In this document: piece by piece, positions 37,936-50,528 of the stretch
How the letters are laid out: every line of letters begins with the position of its first letter
Numbering within the stretch: position 1 is the first letter of the stretch
Source: Callorhinchus milii
Taxonomy: Eukaryota
Length of the DNA: 64,000 bases
Direction: 5' to 3'
NCBI RefSeq assembly: GCF_018977255.1
Contig: NW_024704743.1
Location: forward strand, 104,472,001 to 104,536,000
Made by a program: the position numbers and the translations under genes
Notes under the pieces: model-generated
Seen by the model: only the letters and a program-made list of their open reading frames with translations
What the model was told of the DNA's origin: nothing
Databases searched by the model: none

Positions 37936-38729
37936 TGAGAGTTACAATGACCTAGCAAGGTATTATATCAAATGCAAAGTGATCTGCCAAACCAGAAGTT
38001 GTTCCATTTCTTGCACATTGCTTGTGTGCAATGTGAAACATTGGATCCAAATGACCACATTATAATAGGTTTCCACTGTATTTATTGCAAAGTGTCACAG
38101 TTTTACCAAAGTTTATATGCAGCAGATTATGCCTTTGATCAATGCTATATAGCTTTCATATGGTAGGGAAACACAATAAGTCATAAACATTGTGTAGTTA
38201 GTTCACTGTCTCTCTGATGTCTCAGTTCATAAAGCTGTTGTCTGGAGTGAAAATGATCCATTCAGCGTCTCTAAGAGTAAGGCACCTGCAAAACTGCAAC
38301 TGAAGATCTATTATAACCATTTATTTCTAGTTCCAGGTTCGATCTATCATCTGAGCTGACTGTAACTCATCTCAGCTGGGTCTGACAATTGACCACAGCA
38401 TAATTATAATGGGGAGCTGTAAATGTAACAGTGTTCGTCCTTCTGATTGCTATTCAGTGACCCCTGGTGCAAAGTAATGACATCAGGTAGGGCAAGATCA
38501 TGCTTGGCTATGATGGCCCTAAGATTAATAGCACAAAATAACTCATTGTCTGGGTTTCACATGGAGAACGGCCACTTGACTGAGGAATTGGATGGTGGCT
38601 GCCATTGCTGGAAAAGCACTCCAACAAGGATCTGAGTGCTTAGCAGGGGGGGAGAGAAAAGAAGGGAAAACCATATTTATATATCATTCAGTAAAAATAA
38701 CGTGCAGATAATGATATCAATGTAAAAGT

Positions 38730-38730
38730 T

Positions 38731-38762
<32 letters not shown>

Positions 38763-38763
38763 T
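38730..38763. repeat. (ATTT)n microsatellite
   Basis: Seen directly. Confidence 0.9.
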
Positions 38764-39785
38764 GGGTTACGACCTCCTGTGTGGTAAGCCATTTCAAGAT
38801 GCCTTCCTGACATTTGATCTTCCTGGTGACAAAAGCACTAAATATTCCAGCTCTTGAAAGGCATTGTGCTGTACCATAACGACAATGTTACATCAATGCT
38901 TCCTTTACACACAAGGTTTCCGGCAATACACTCCATTCATTCATTACCTGCAATTTGTATTCCTGCAAATGATGCCATCCCTCATTGTGACACAGCATTT
39001 ATGGGCGGTATTACAGCGAGGCACTTAGCATGTTGATCACCTGACTGCAAAACATGAAATACAACACGAAAATGCAGAAGGCAATGCCCAGAAGTCTTTA
39101 AAGAGAAAGTATTATAATAATAATCCTTACATTTGCTAGTTTGATATAGTGCTTTATCACATTTTCAAGATGTTTTAAAGTGCTTCACAGAACATACTGT
39201 AAAGTAAATTGACTGTATAATTTGTGGGCAAAAGTTTAAAAGGTGGAGGGAGAAATAATCGTGTTTCATAAAGCCCTTCTTTTCTATCTCCCATACACAA
39301 ACAGTTAAGTGGAATGCTTGAAAGCATATCAGCCTGTAAAGCCAACTGAGGCAAAAAAAAATTTTAATTGTTTGATTTCATTTTTTACTGGAGGTCAAGA
39401 ACGTGGAGGTGGAACAAAGGAACATATGAATACAGGAACAAGAAGAGGCCATTCAGCCCATTGAACCTGTTTGAGCAGTTTATTAGATCTTAGTAGATCT
39501 TAGTAGATTGCCCTTTTACCAAACCCCTTAATACCTTAATACCTTAATAATAAAGTGATTTCCAGCTGCAATGAAATATTGTATAACATTTTGGGCAAAC
39601 AAACAAATAAATAATCCTTGCATTTGTATATAGCACCTTTCACATCAATAAGACACCTCAAAGTGTTTTACAGAGTGACTGTATTTTGAAGGTGAAATCT
39701 TCAAGATGGTCACTGCTCTGGTTGATTGTTTCACTCTTCTGGGTATCCTGGGATTAAACTAGAGCTTCTTCTGATTAACCCACAG

Positions 39786-39888
39786 GTTCAAGTGCTGCGT
39801 AATGCTGGTGAAGAAGTGACTCTTACGGTTTCTTTTTTAAAGCGAGCGCCTGCTTTCCTGAAACTCCCCCTCTATGAAGACTGCACAT
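39786..39888 (+). CDS. SNTG1: SNTG1 coding exon 7 (VQVLRNAGEEVTLTVSFLKRAPAFLKLPLYEDCT; PDZ end)
   Basis: cacag acceptor, T|gtgagc donor, 103 nt; contained in ORF 39726..39911. Confidence 0.96.
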
Positions 39889-40999
39889 GTGAGCACAATA
39901 ACCTCTTTTAGTGTAAATAATGCAGGTGCTTGCCGTGATACCCACTTCCATTCCATTTTGCTGAAATGAAGCTAGAATCTCTGGTTTCTCATGCAGAAAG
40001 AATCTGTGAAATTTTGCGATGTGATGTGTAAAATAAATAGCATCTATGGTGCTAATTAATATCAAGAATGAATTTAGTGATCTTATGAAATTTAGTCCAT
40101 CGACTGGTCCCTGGGTATGCTGGTAATAGAAACAGAGATACTTGGAGGTGGAACTGGAACGTAACACAACTAATCCATATTTTTCTATTAGAATATTAGA
40201 TACCAATTTTCCCCAGTTAAGGTAAAATTTCATTGCAGCATATTACAATGGAAAATCCAATTAGTGGCTGACATTATCAAAGCCATTGCAAATATTATTC
40301 AAAGGTTTGTATAGTTATTGACTTTGTTGACCATTGAGATGTCACAATCTCCTGAACAAAGCTATTTGCACTGATAACACATCAGTGTCTGAACTTCCAT
40401 ATATATCATTGAGTGATCTTACTTCTCTCAATGTTTATGCTCTGACTTTATTCCAGATGGATTGAAGTTTTGTATCTGTTTGGATTAATTTGCTTTTCTC
40501 ATAATAGCCCTCAGGAAAATAAACTACACGCAGGCTCACATTGGTCTGGCAGAAAGACCATGATTAATTGTGTTATAATCTCCTGCAATACTTCATGATT
40601 AATATATAGAAAGAAGATGATCATACACTCATTGACCACAACAGTTTTTTGTGCTGCGGGGATCCATGTGTGGAAATTTCCCAGCCTGAGCCAAATAATG
40701 GAGATGTAGGGATCAATATTGTGAACTTTCTCTAGCTGTACCATTATGGATCAAGGTGTTCTAAAGCCTCAGGAGATAAAAACACATAGGAAAAAAATAC
40801 AATAAAGTAAATTGTAAATGGTCGGTGTATTTTATGGGATGGATGGCCTTTTTGCATTCTGTACATCCTGATGTTCTTCTATAGAGATGCTGATATGTTG
40901 CACAATGATCAATCATTGCATTGATTTTATTGCATGCAGAACACAAATTATTGGTAGTGAATCTGACAGCGTAGTAACGTTTTTTCTGTTTCCCTGTAG

Positions 41000-41082
41000 G
41001 TGTCCCGAGTGATCAGAGCAGCGGCACATCTTCACCACTTTGTGACAGTGGATTGCACCTTAACTACCATCCCAACAACACA
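41000..41082 (+). CDS. SNTG1: SNTG1 coding exon 8 ((C)VPSDQSSGTSSPLCDSGLHLNYHPNNT)
   Basis: tttccctgtag acceptor, ACA|gtaaga donor, 83 nt. Confidence 0.95.
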
Positions 41083-41897
41083 GTAAGAGTTTTATTTTCA
41101 ATTTGAAACTGTGCCTTATGCTGCATGTATGGATGCGATTTTCCAGCCAACAAACAGTACAAATGGAAGTTGAAACAACACAAATTGCACAGGAGTAGCC
41201 TGGAGGAGGTGATTTTGGCAGCAGTTCAATTCTCAGATTAATTGCTATATGATTGCATTGGTTGTAATCCCCCAGTCTTCTTTATCAAAACTCCCAGGAT
41301 GCTCAAACACACTGACTCTTACTGCTATAAAATAAGTGGTCCCGTAAATAAAGGAACATTAGTGGAGAATAAATGGTGTGAATCATACAGACAAGGTGAA
41401 GCTAACTGCAGTAGAGTTCCATTAAACATCCTTGTTTACAATGCTGGTCCATTTATAATGCCATTGTAGTTTACTTTCCCCTAAAAATGATTGTCAGGGA
41501 ACCAGTAGCGCTTCATAAACTGGTTGGTGTGAGCACTAGGTGCAGGAAGTGTTCCTCATGTCTAATTTGGCATGCTGCACATTTGTACTATGTGCAGGAA
41601 ATGCTGCTGACACCATTCACTTCAAGACACGATCACCCAGCAATCACCTATATTTTCCCACCTCACTTATAATATGCCACAAAGAAATTGGACCCGGTCT
41701 ACAGCATTAGAAAGGGGTTTCCCTGCATGAAGAAGTCATAAATGTAGCTGCCATATTACCAAGATTAGGGTTTCAGTTTATGTCAGATGGTGGTTGAGGC
41801 AGGATCCTTATTCCTCTGAATATTATCGACAGACGAAGGTTCATTCTCAAGGCTGATCTTGACTTTCCCCTTTTGGAAAACAAATGATATTAATTTT

Positions 41898-42341
41898 AAC
41901 AACAACAAAATGACATTTATAGAGCGCCTTTCACGTCAGAAGGACGTCCTAGAGCCCTGAGTAGTCAGGTGTCAGGGCCCGAGCATGGGGGAGGGATGGT
42001 GTAGGGGTGAGGGAAGGCAGAGAGGTGGGAGGGAGACCAAAGGCATGATTGAAGAGAAGGGTCTTGAGACCGGCCTTGAAGAAGGCAAGGGAGGAAGCGA
42101 GGTGAAGGGACCGTGGGATGGAGTTCCAGAGTGTGGCGGCAGAGAAGTTGAAAGCCAGGTCACCTATGGTAGGGTGGGTTGGGCGGGAGACATGGAGCAG
42201 ACTGGAGCTTGATGAGCGTAGAGAGTGGGCAGGTTGGTAGGGAGTCAGCGGGTCAGAGAGGTAGGAGGGGGCAAGGCCATGGATGGCCTTGAAAGTGAGG
42301 ACGAGGATCTTGAACTCGATCCTCTGGGGGATGGGGAGCCA
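41898..42341 (-). mobile_element. L2 3' fragment (family A, young)
   Basis: Highly similar to 28023-28460. Confidence 0.92.
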
Positions 42342-42634
42342 TATATTAAGTGATATATTTCAGCAACAACCACAGCAGCCACTTTACAAGGAGCTCAATT
42401 ACGCTTGGATTTTGGTACGACTCTCCTCCAACTTTAAGTAACATTGTGTGTGATTGTAACTTATTTAAAAGCCTTCTTGCTAGAACTTTGCTTCCTTTAA
42501 TTCATCAGGCTGTTGGAACTTTTTCTTCACGTATCTTTACGATGTTACCTCTGCTTAGCTCTCTCCTCCTCTGCTTAGCCCTCTCTCCCCATCATAAGCC
42601 TTTTAAGATCAGGATCTCAGCCGTGCAGTGGAAA

Positions 42635-42818
42635 CTGATCCCAGATGTATTCTTTAACTTCTACCTGAACAGGCAGACAGGACCTCAGTTTAATGTCTCA
42701 ACTGAAGGACATCATTTCCAACAATGCAGCGATCCTCCAGTACTGCATTGGAGTGCCAGTTTAGACAATATGATGTCCAAGCCCTGACATGGGGCTTGAA
42801 CCCCCAACCTTCTGACTG
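42635..42818 (-). mobile_element. Deu-domain SINE 5' part
   Basis: ACCTGAACAGGCAGACAGGACCTCAGTTTAATGTCTCA...GGCTTGAACCCCCAACCTTCTGACT. Confidence 0.75.
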
Positions 42819-43480
42819 GTCTATCGCTCTGATGTCATGTTTGTTTTTCGCCAAGGATCAAAGTCAATTACTCACAATGAAGACAGATGATTGATCCCTT
42901 CTATTAGTTAGTTCCTTTCAGCTGGCACCCAATACATTGATAGCAGAAAATTTAAACACAAATACTGTAATTGGGCTTCACTTCAGTGGGAAACAGCTGT
43001 CCTCAAAGAAATGTCAGAGGCAAACCATTTATAATAAAATAACTGGTCGCTGTGTTTGCATTAACTGATATAAGGCATTTTTATGGAGTTTGATTTACAG
43101 AGAATTGTGATAATTTGTATTAATTTACCTTGAGAGGAAAATTACATGTATATTACATGGACCTGTAGATAAAAACGTAATGTAAAAAATGACAAGAAAT
43201 CTCAAGAGAAACTGACATTAAGTAGAATCTGAAACTATTTTAGATCAACACCATTTATGAATTATATTCTGATGGTTGCATTTATATGCTGTATTAAAGC
43301 CAATGGCAGAAATACCTTGCATTAACAGAAAGATTAAGTTATATTTATTGTAAACATGATATAACCTTGTAGAAGAGTGCTGGCCAGCCCATGGCTAGGT
43401 GAGTTATGGCATAAATCAAGAAATATTCAATCAAGAAAATCAACCAAAAAGGTTAGCAACCACCATTCTAGGGGAAACCA

Positions 43481-43755
43481 AACTGCCCGCTCCCTCTGTT
43501 CAGTGGGCTCCGGTCTGCTCCATGTCTCCCGCCCGACCCACCCTACCATCGGTGGCTGGGCTTTCAGCCTCTCTGCCCCTAAACGCTGGAATTCCATCCC
43601 ACAGTCCCTTCGCATCGCTTCCTCCCTTGCCTCCTTCAAGACCGGTCTCAAGACCCTTTCTCTTTGATCGTGCCTTCCCTCACCCTTACTCCACCCCTCC
43701 CCCATGCTCGGGTTCCGACCTCTGACTGTCCAGCGCTTTGGGAGGTCCTCCTGAA
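43481..43755 (+). mobile_element. L2 3' fragment
   Basis: ARSLCSVGSGLLHV...PTIGGWAFSLSAPKRWNSIPQSLR...FKTGLKT. Confidence 0.88.
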
Positions 43756-45685
43756 CTGGGAGAAGCTCACTGGTTAGATTGGGATCTGTGATTTCTAAAA
43801 GATGACAAAGTGCGACTCAACAAAATGTCTAGACAGTGAAAAGCCAGACACTGGGGAGATTGTATTCCCCTCCCCTGGCTTTTTCATTTTTAACATTTTC
43901 TCATTTTTCGGAAAAATCTAGATTTTGTTTCTCACCCGTTTAGCAACTATTACATTTTCGTCCCTATTGTCAGTAATGCATGCACTGCTACCGTTACATA
44001 AACAAAGACAAGAATGATTATCTGAAAACAACTGCTGAAATACCTGATGATGATTTGCCATATAATTGTCCCGTTCATTAAAAATACATCACTGTCTTAT
44101 AATGGAGATTAAGAGCAATTGCTCTTGCTTAACGTTCTTTTTGTAGTGAAACTGAAAGGACTTTCTGTTCCAAGGAACACAAGTTACTGGCACCAGAACA
44201 TCAACGTGATTGGATTTGAGCCACAGACTCTTTTCAATTTCCTTTGTTTCTTTTGTAGCCAGAAACACCCGGCAACTAAATTCATATGGTGGAAACAAAC
44301 CATCCATTGTGATTGTTGCATACACTTTAAGTTCATTAAAAAATTGCAAGGATAATATTGATGTATGCAATAACCTGCATTCATAGACTGAGTCCAAGAT
44401 ATTTATAATTGCGGACATTTCCAAACTAGAATGAAATCAGAGGAGGCAGCCAAGAACTGGTGTGATTACTGGCAAAGGAAGTTCATTACAGATAAATGAA
44501 TGGTACTGCACATAGAAAATAAAAGCTGAAGTAAAAGTCCTATTCATGGTGAGATAGAACTTGCTGGGGGAGCAGTAAGAAAACTTAAAGAGGTGCTAGT
44601 GTGAATGATAAATAGCGTGATGGGCATATTGCAAAATCACCAGTAATCTTGCTCAAGTTGTAGTCGTAGTTCAAGTCATGCTCAAGTTACGCTTGTGACA
44701 TCCTTCTGACATGGCAGGTACTATATAAACACAATTTGTTGTGGTTTGTTCTCAGTGGGGAGGCCATTCTGAGTTTATTCAGGGAAGACTAACATAGATT
44801 GTTTGGTGCCAGTTTCTCCCACAATATGCTTGGAAAGGCCATTTTAAAACTGGAAAATGTTCCAGGCTGAGAGGGCGTTCGAAGATGGCAGGGCCCAGGG
44901 CTTTTTAGCGGGGTTTTGACATTACTAATAGTCAGAAGTTGGTGGGAAAGGGAATGCAAAGCATATCTAAGCATCATTTCTTAGATAAAGAATTGAGGGA
45001 TGTGATTAGGAAGAATTATTTTTCTATATTTCTTATTTAATCAAGAAAACAAAAGTCTTCACTGACTGAATGGTGAATGCTTTAAATGATCTACGAAGCA
45101 AAGTGACTAATACAAAAAGAGTTATTCAAAATATATTAAACAATACATATAATAATAAAAATATACCACGATTGGTGAGTTTGTGGAGCAGAGGCAGGAT
45201 TTGTATTCATTGTATACTCCTCTTACATCTCCAAGTGTACTAGAGTATTTCTGATGGATCTCAAATGTTGCATCATGCCCTGTTTATGTGTCGGACGAAA
45301 CATTTTTTTTATTACATTGCTGAAGTGCACTGAAATGTAATGGATTCCACACTGATTTCTTTGTCAGTTTAAAATAGTATTGCTTTTAGGGCATGACAAT
45401 CTATTATCAGAATTGACACCCAACCAATATATTTCTTCCCTCAATGTGCATCAAAGTACAGTATGAGTGGAATATGTTATGAACAAGTTGGTTCCCTAGA
45501 GCTGGATTGTTATACCTCAGTGAGTTTCATTTGATGTGCTTCAATGTAACAAAAGTCAAGGATTCGCTACAAACATTGCAGTGAAACATGAATCACGTTA
45601 TGATTGCTGGTCTGTAGAGATTTTAGTAGTTTTTTGTTATGGATGGTATGGGGATCGCTCGTAAGAAGAATGACCACAAATTTTA

Positions 45686-45869
45686 GCCTTAAAACCATTT
45701 TCTTAAAATTTAAGACTTTGTTGAAATTTAAAAAATCATTGGGTTCCAGTTTTAATTTGGAGACCAGTTTAAAGAATTGCAAACAACTGGCTACCAAATT
45801 AAAGAATTTAAGAATTTCCAAAATTATTGATCTCACAATCTTAAATTTTAAGGTGATGGTTCTTAAGGC
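45686..45869. repeat. About 184-bp AT-rich imperfect palindrome (MITE-like)
   Basis: GCCTTAAAACCATTTTCTTAAAATTTAAGA / TCTTAAATTTTAAGGTGATGGTTCTTAAGGC; inner arms TTTAATTTGGAGACCAGTT / AACTGGCTACCAAATTAAA. Confidence 0.75.
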
Positions 45870-45954
45870 AGTTTTTAAAAAAAAAATAACAGGCAATGTT
45901 ATACCGGGACAAAATATGAAACTGCCGTGTCTGCTTGGGTTCACAAAATCACTA

Positions 45955-46080
45955 AAGCTTCAGATGAAGAAAGCCCTTCGACCTATCCAGAATACCGACT
46001 GTACCCTGCCTTCCCATCACATCATCAAGATGCTTTTTGAATAAGTCCAGTGTCGTGGCCTCAACAACTCTTGCTGCAAC
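45955..46080 (-). mobile_element. CR1 3' end
   Basis: Encodes AARVVEATTLDLFKKHLDDVM (CR1 ORF2 C-terminal motif). Confidence 0.75.
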
Positions 46081-46206
46081 ATATGTCTCTAAATCTAAGG
46101 CCTGAAATTTCATGTAGTTTATGTCTGTAAGATATTTTTGCCTTAAAATGTAAGATTGAGCAGAATTCTTAAATCTCGTCTTGATGTTCTCAAAAACTTT
46201 TTTTTT

Positions 46207-46266
46207 GACATCTCTACGGTTTGAGCATTGTAACGACATCTACAATGCTCAAACCATAGAGATGTC
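46207..46266. repeat. Hairpin: 26-bp stem (1 mismatch), 8-nt loop
   Basis: GACATCTCTACGGTTTGAGCATTGTA-acgacatc-TACAATGCTCAAACCATAGAGATGTC. Confidence 0.92.
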
Positions 46267-46275
46267 CAAAAAAAT

Positions 46276-46461
46276 ATTTAGAGTTTCGCCCACAAAATAT
46301 ACAGTCAATTCACTTTACAGTATATTCTGTGAAGCACTTTGAGACATCTTAAAGAAGTGATAAGGCGCTATATCAAATTGCAAGGATTATTATCTCAAAG
46401 TGCTTCACAGAATATACTGTATAGTGAATTGATTAGATATTTTGTGGACGAAACTCTAAAT
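46276..46461. repeat. Inverted duplication (69-bp arms) of a SINE 3' fragment plus its flank
   Basis: 46276-46344 is the near reverse complement of 46393-46461; the loop is the rest of the SINE tail. Confidence 0.88.
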
Positions 46462-46643
46462 CTAAGATGTTTTATGCGTTTTACTGTGAAAAGTTGTTAC
46501 TGTGTATTTGTAGGCGAATGCAGCAGACAACTTGCATACAGCAATGTCCCTCAAATAGCCATGAAGCCAGGTGGTGCTTAGCTCGCTATGTTCATAGTTT
46601 TAGCGTCTTGGTACGGTCATCCATATTTTATATCTTCACATTC

Positions 46644-47309
46644 TGTTACGAGTGTCCTCATTTATTTTTGTATTGTTGAGAGCTTCAGTAAGCCTGTGTG
46701 CTGTTGAAGGCTTGATGTTCATACTATTGGAAAGCTCGCATGCACAGTTATGCAGCTATCGTGTATAGATTTAAGAGCGATTTAAAGTCCATAGCCAGTA
46801 TTTTAACTTAAAGGTAAATAACTTTTTGGTGACATCAGGTCTAGACTTGGCAACAATTTGGCGGGGAAAAGAGGATCGGGAGGATCCAGGGGGCCGAGCT
46901 ACAGCGATACATTGTAAATTTGGCAAGGAAAAGCAACAGAAGATATTTCCCAAAGGGGGCATGGCTTACAGCCCATAAAAGCAGCGAGCACACGGAGCTC
47001 AAGGTAGCTGTTTACCTGATGACATTTACCTGTCTGACTGATACTGAGAAGTAGTCCTCTAGGTCAGGAATTGGTTTTTCATGCATTATTTCACTAACTC
47101 ATTGTTGAGTGGCTGCGAGCTGGTGTTTAGTCAATTAGTGTTTGTTATTTCTTGGCGTCATTTTTATCCAATTTGTCGGGGAGTGTTTAAGTTATTAATG
47201 CCTAGGGTTGTTTGTTTCATGGAATATCAATAAAATTCCGTTGAGTTTCCTTGACCATGCTTTCTCGAGTCTCTGTGTTAAATCTGGAAGGAGGGGACAC
47301 ACATAAATA
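46644..47309 (+). mobile_element. Candidate solo LTR
   Basis: Starts TGTTACGAGTGTCCTC and ends GGGGACACACATAAATA (decayed inverted terminus). TATA-like CATAAAA at 46974 after a GC-rich patch; AATAAA at 47229. No clear target-site duplication (TSD). Confidence 0.5.
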
Positions 47310-47536
47310 GGTTGAGCCTATGTCACAGTCTGCTCTTGCGATAGACTGCTGATGGAAGCTTCCCAATTCGCTGTATTTTAAACCGCAATTGTCAGTCCCT
47401 GTTGTCGTGGTAACTCTCACTGGTAACCTGCACTCAGAGAGAGGGATCAAACATAGAGGCCATTGAATGTACTCTGCGATGGTGGGTGAAATACACATTG
47501 CAGGCATATAAAATGGTTGAGAACCATTGCAGCCTT

Positions 47537-48240
47537 CAACAACAACAACTCGTAATTATATAGTGCCTTCCACACAGGGTAGCATCTCAGAGCGCTTAAC
47601 AGTGGCAGAGTCTGACTGCGAGCCAGTGGGGGGAGGGGAGGGAGGTGATCGTAAGCACAGTCGTAAAGGAAGGTTTTTAGATGGGAATTGAAAAAGGGAG
47701 TGGGGGGGTGGGGGCGAAGCAAAGGGATTGAGGGAGAGTGTTCCAGAGTTTTGTGACGTAATGGCTGAATGTGCGACCTCCAAAGGTGGAGCAGAGGGTG
47801 CGAGGGTCAAACAGGAGGCCAGTGCCAATCGAGCGGAGGCACCGGGTGGTAGAGTGGGGAGTGAGGAGGTCGGAGAGGTAGTGAGTTGCCAGGGAGTGAA
47901 GGGATTTGAACACAAATGTGAGGATGTTGAAGTCGATCTTGAAATCGAGCATAGCCAGAACTGGCGAGATGTGTTTATGGAGTTTGGTCCGGGTCAGTAT
48001 GCAGGCAACCGAGTTCTAAATGAGCTGGATTTTTTGAATTGCGGAGCTGGGGAGTAATGCATTTGAGTAATCCAGGTGGGTGGTAACAAATGCATGCACG
48101 AGGGTTTCGGCTACATCTGGGGTAAGGTACGGTCGGATGCAGACAATGTGTCGGAGATGGAGGATGGCGATCCTGGTCAGTGACCGGATGTGGAGAAGGA
48201 AGGACAGCTGGGCGTTGAACCAGATGCCTAGATTGCGCAT
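47537..48240 (-). mobile_element. L2 LINE, 5'-truncated (family B)
   Basis: MRNLGIWFNAQLSFLLHI...AETLVHAFVTTHLDYSNALL; IDFNILTFVFKSLHSLA...LWNTLPQSL. Confidence 0.9.
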
Positions 48241-48489
48241 TTCCTGTCCCTTTTATATTAAATTATAATTCCTGCCTTTGTATGAGTAACTACTTTGCTT
48301 CTCACATCCAGTTTAGATCCATCCCATCTCTTTTATGCCACCCTGGTTTACTCCAAAAATAGTCCAGTTACCGATAAATTTGCCCACAAAAACACTCAGT
48401 CACTACATTTTACAGTATATCCTGTAAAGAGCATTGATGACATGAACGGCACTATATCAAATGTAAGGAGGATTATTATTATTCAATCT

Positions 48490-48760
48490 AAAGACATTAG
48501 ATTGTCACCAACTGGCTTCTATTTATGTACCCCATAATTCTACTCCTGAATGCTCTCCTGTTATCAAAGATTGGTATTAACCCAGAAAACAATTTTAAAT
48601 CATTTCTTTCAATTTCCAGCCTAGATATTCTTTTTTGTCATTAATTCCAACATGTACAGCCAACTGTATCTTTCCCTCTGTGAACTGTAGATGACTGAAT
48701 CTTTCCTGATTATTCTCAACCTTTGTCCTTGTAGACAAATCACTGACTTCCAGCCTTGGA
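48490..48760 (-). mobile_element. Old CR1-like fragment
   Basis: Reverse strand shows ...ACAAGGACAAAGGTTGAG...TTCACAGAGGGAAAG...GGAAATTGAAAG motifs. Confidence 0.4.
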
Positions 48761-49352
48761 TTTACTACAGAAAGAGTACATATCTTCCCTTTAAACCTGG
48801 GGCTATCATTGCCATCCTTCTCTTGTTTGTACCATTACTCTATTCCTTTTTTAGCTTAAACTGTACTGTCTCTTAAATATCCTTCTCTCCTCCCTCAGTA
48901 ACAGCTCCTGGATCCTGTCCGACAATTCTGTTCTTTACATTTCCTTTTCGCTTACCTTTTTCCTTGGTTCTTCCCTTGCCTGCCTCCTCCTCTGATCTCT
49001 TCTTGACTAACCTCCTAGGGTGAGAGAGATAAGCAGGCCTCAATGTGACTGCTTGGAAATGGAATGTCAGAATCAATTTAATGCTCTGCGACTATACTTT
49101 GCAGATTCACTTTGTTGTGTATTCTGGATTTAAGGTTCTCGTATTAATCCACTATTGCTATGTGTGAGAATATCATAGGAGGCCAGCTTCAATTTTCACA
49201 CTTTCTTTGCTCCAATATATATCTCAAAAGACAATGTAATTGTGCCATGCTCTTATCACTTTGATATGTTGTTAGAAATGTTACATGAATAATAAGTTAT
49301 TCAGAAGGAGTGTGAACCATTGAAATGTAACACAAACTGTCCTGTTTTTCAG

Positions 49353-49483
49353 GATTCATTATCTTGTTCTTCGTGGCCAACTTCCTCAGGCCTGAAGTGG
49401 GAGAAGCGGTGGTGTGATTTGAGGTTAATCCCACTTCTTCATTCTCGCCTGTCATACTATGTTCCAGGAACTGATATTTGCAG
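49353..49483 (+). CDS. SNTG1: SNTG1 coding exon 9 (DSLSCSSWPTSSGLKWEKRWCDLRLIPLLHSRLSYYVPGTDIC)
   Basis: tttttcag acceptor, AG|gtaaat donor, 131 nt. Confidence 0.95.
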
Positions 49484-49578
49484 GTAAATTTTAAATCTGA
49501 ACAATGTAGGTGATGGGGAGTGGCTCAGAATACTGGACAATATAAGAGTGGAAAGAGCAACAGAGAAAATAATAAAAA

Positions 49579-49875
49579 ATAATAATAATCCTTGCATTTG
49601 ATGTAATGCTTTTCACATCTTCTAAACGTCTCAAAACACTTCACAGAATATAGTTTAAAGTGAATTGACTGTATATTTGTGGGCAATTGCGCACAGCAGT
49701 TTCCCACAAACAATCGTGGATTGAGTGACCAAATTATTATTGTTCTTTTTTCTTGAGGAATCATTATCAGGCGTATGGAGTAAGGAAACTTGCCCAAGGT
49801 TTCACCCTGCCTGGAATCGAACCCAGGTCTCTCGCTTGCAAGGCGAGTGCTCTAACCACTGAGCTGCGGGACTCC
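49579..49875 (-). mobile_element. tRNA-derived SINE (short form)
   Basis: Full reverse copy about 95 nt downstream of the exon 9 donor; B-box GGTTCGATTCC. Confidence 0.92.
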
Positions 49876-49961
49876 ACAAGATACCTCAAGAAATAACAAT
49901 TAAATGGCAGTAATTTTCAAGCCCTGAGAATTGTGGGAAGGGGCTTGGAAGGCAGTATGCT

Positions 49962-50210
49962 AACAACAACAACACAATTACATTTGTATCGTGCCTTTCA
50001 TGTTGGGAGGACGTCCCAAGGCACTGGATAGTGTAAAGCATTTCAGACTCGAGCTGGGGTCAGGGGGGAGAAGGGAGGGGAGGGGAAAGAGTGGCTGAAG
50101 GTTTTCCCGCTAATGGTGGGGTGGGTGGGTTGGGGGACGTGGAGCATGCTGGAGCCGGCTGAGTGGAGGGAGCGGGCGGGTTGGTAGGGAGTTACGTGGT
50201 CACAGAGATA
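49962..50210 (-). mobile_element. L2 3' fragment with internal deletion
   Basis: (AAC)n, family A tail, purine-rich body. Confidence 0.8.
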
Positions 50211-50528
50211 GAGATAGAAATAGCTAAATTGCTATCTGAAATTAATGGCAATTAATTATTTAACATTTAAAATTAAATATTCATCTAATGTTTATGAACA
50301 TTCAGAATTCGAAAGGAGTATGTATAACAATATAATAATTCCATCTTTCATATCGGGGGATGCCTCAAAGTGCTTTACAGGATTTACAGTGAAGTGAAGT
50401 CACTCTATTTTGTGCAGAACAATTTCCCACTAACAGCCATGAAGTGAATGATCTGGGCAGTATGGGCAGTAGTCATGCTACAAAATACTTATTGCCCTAG
50501 ATTTGGAAATGGAAAATCATCTCAGTTA

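Noticed and set aside
45567..46044. Overlapping 146-aa and 125-aa Lys/Leu/Phe-rich ORFs
   Set aside because: Artefact of an AT-rich palindrome plus a CR1 end
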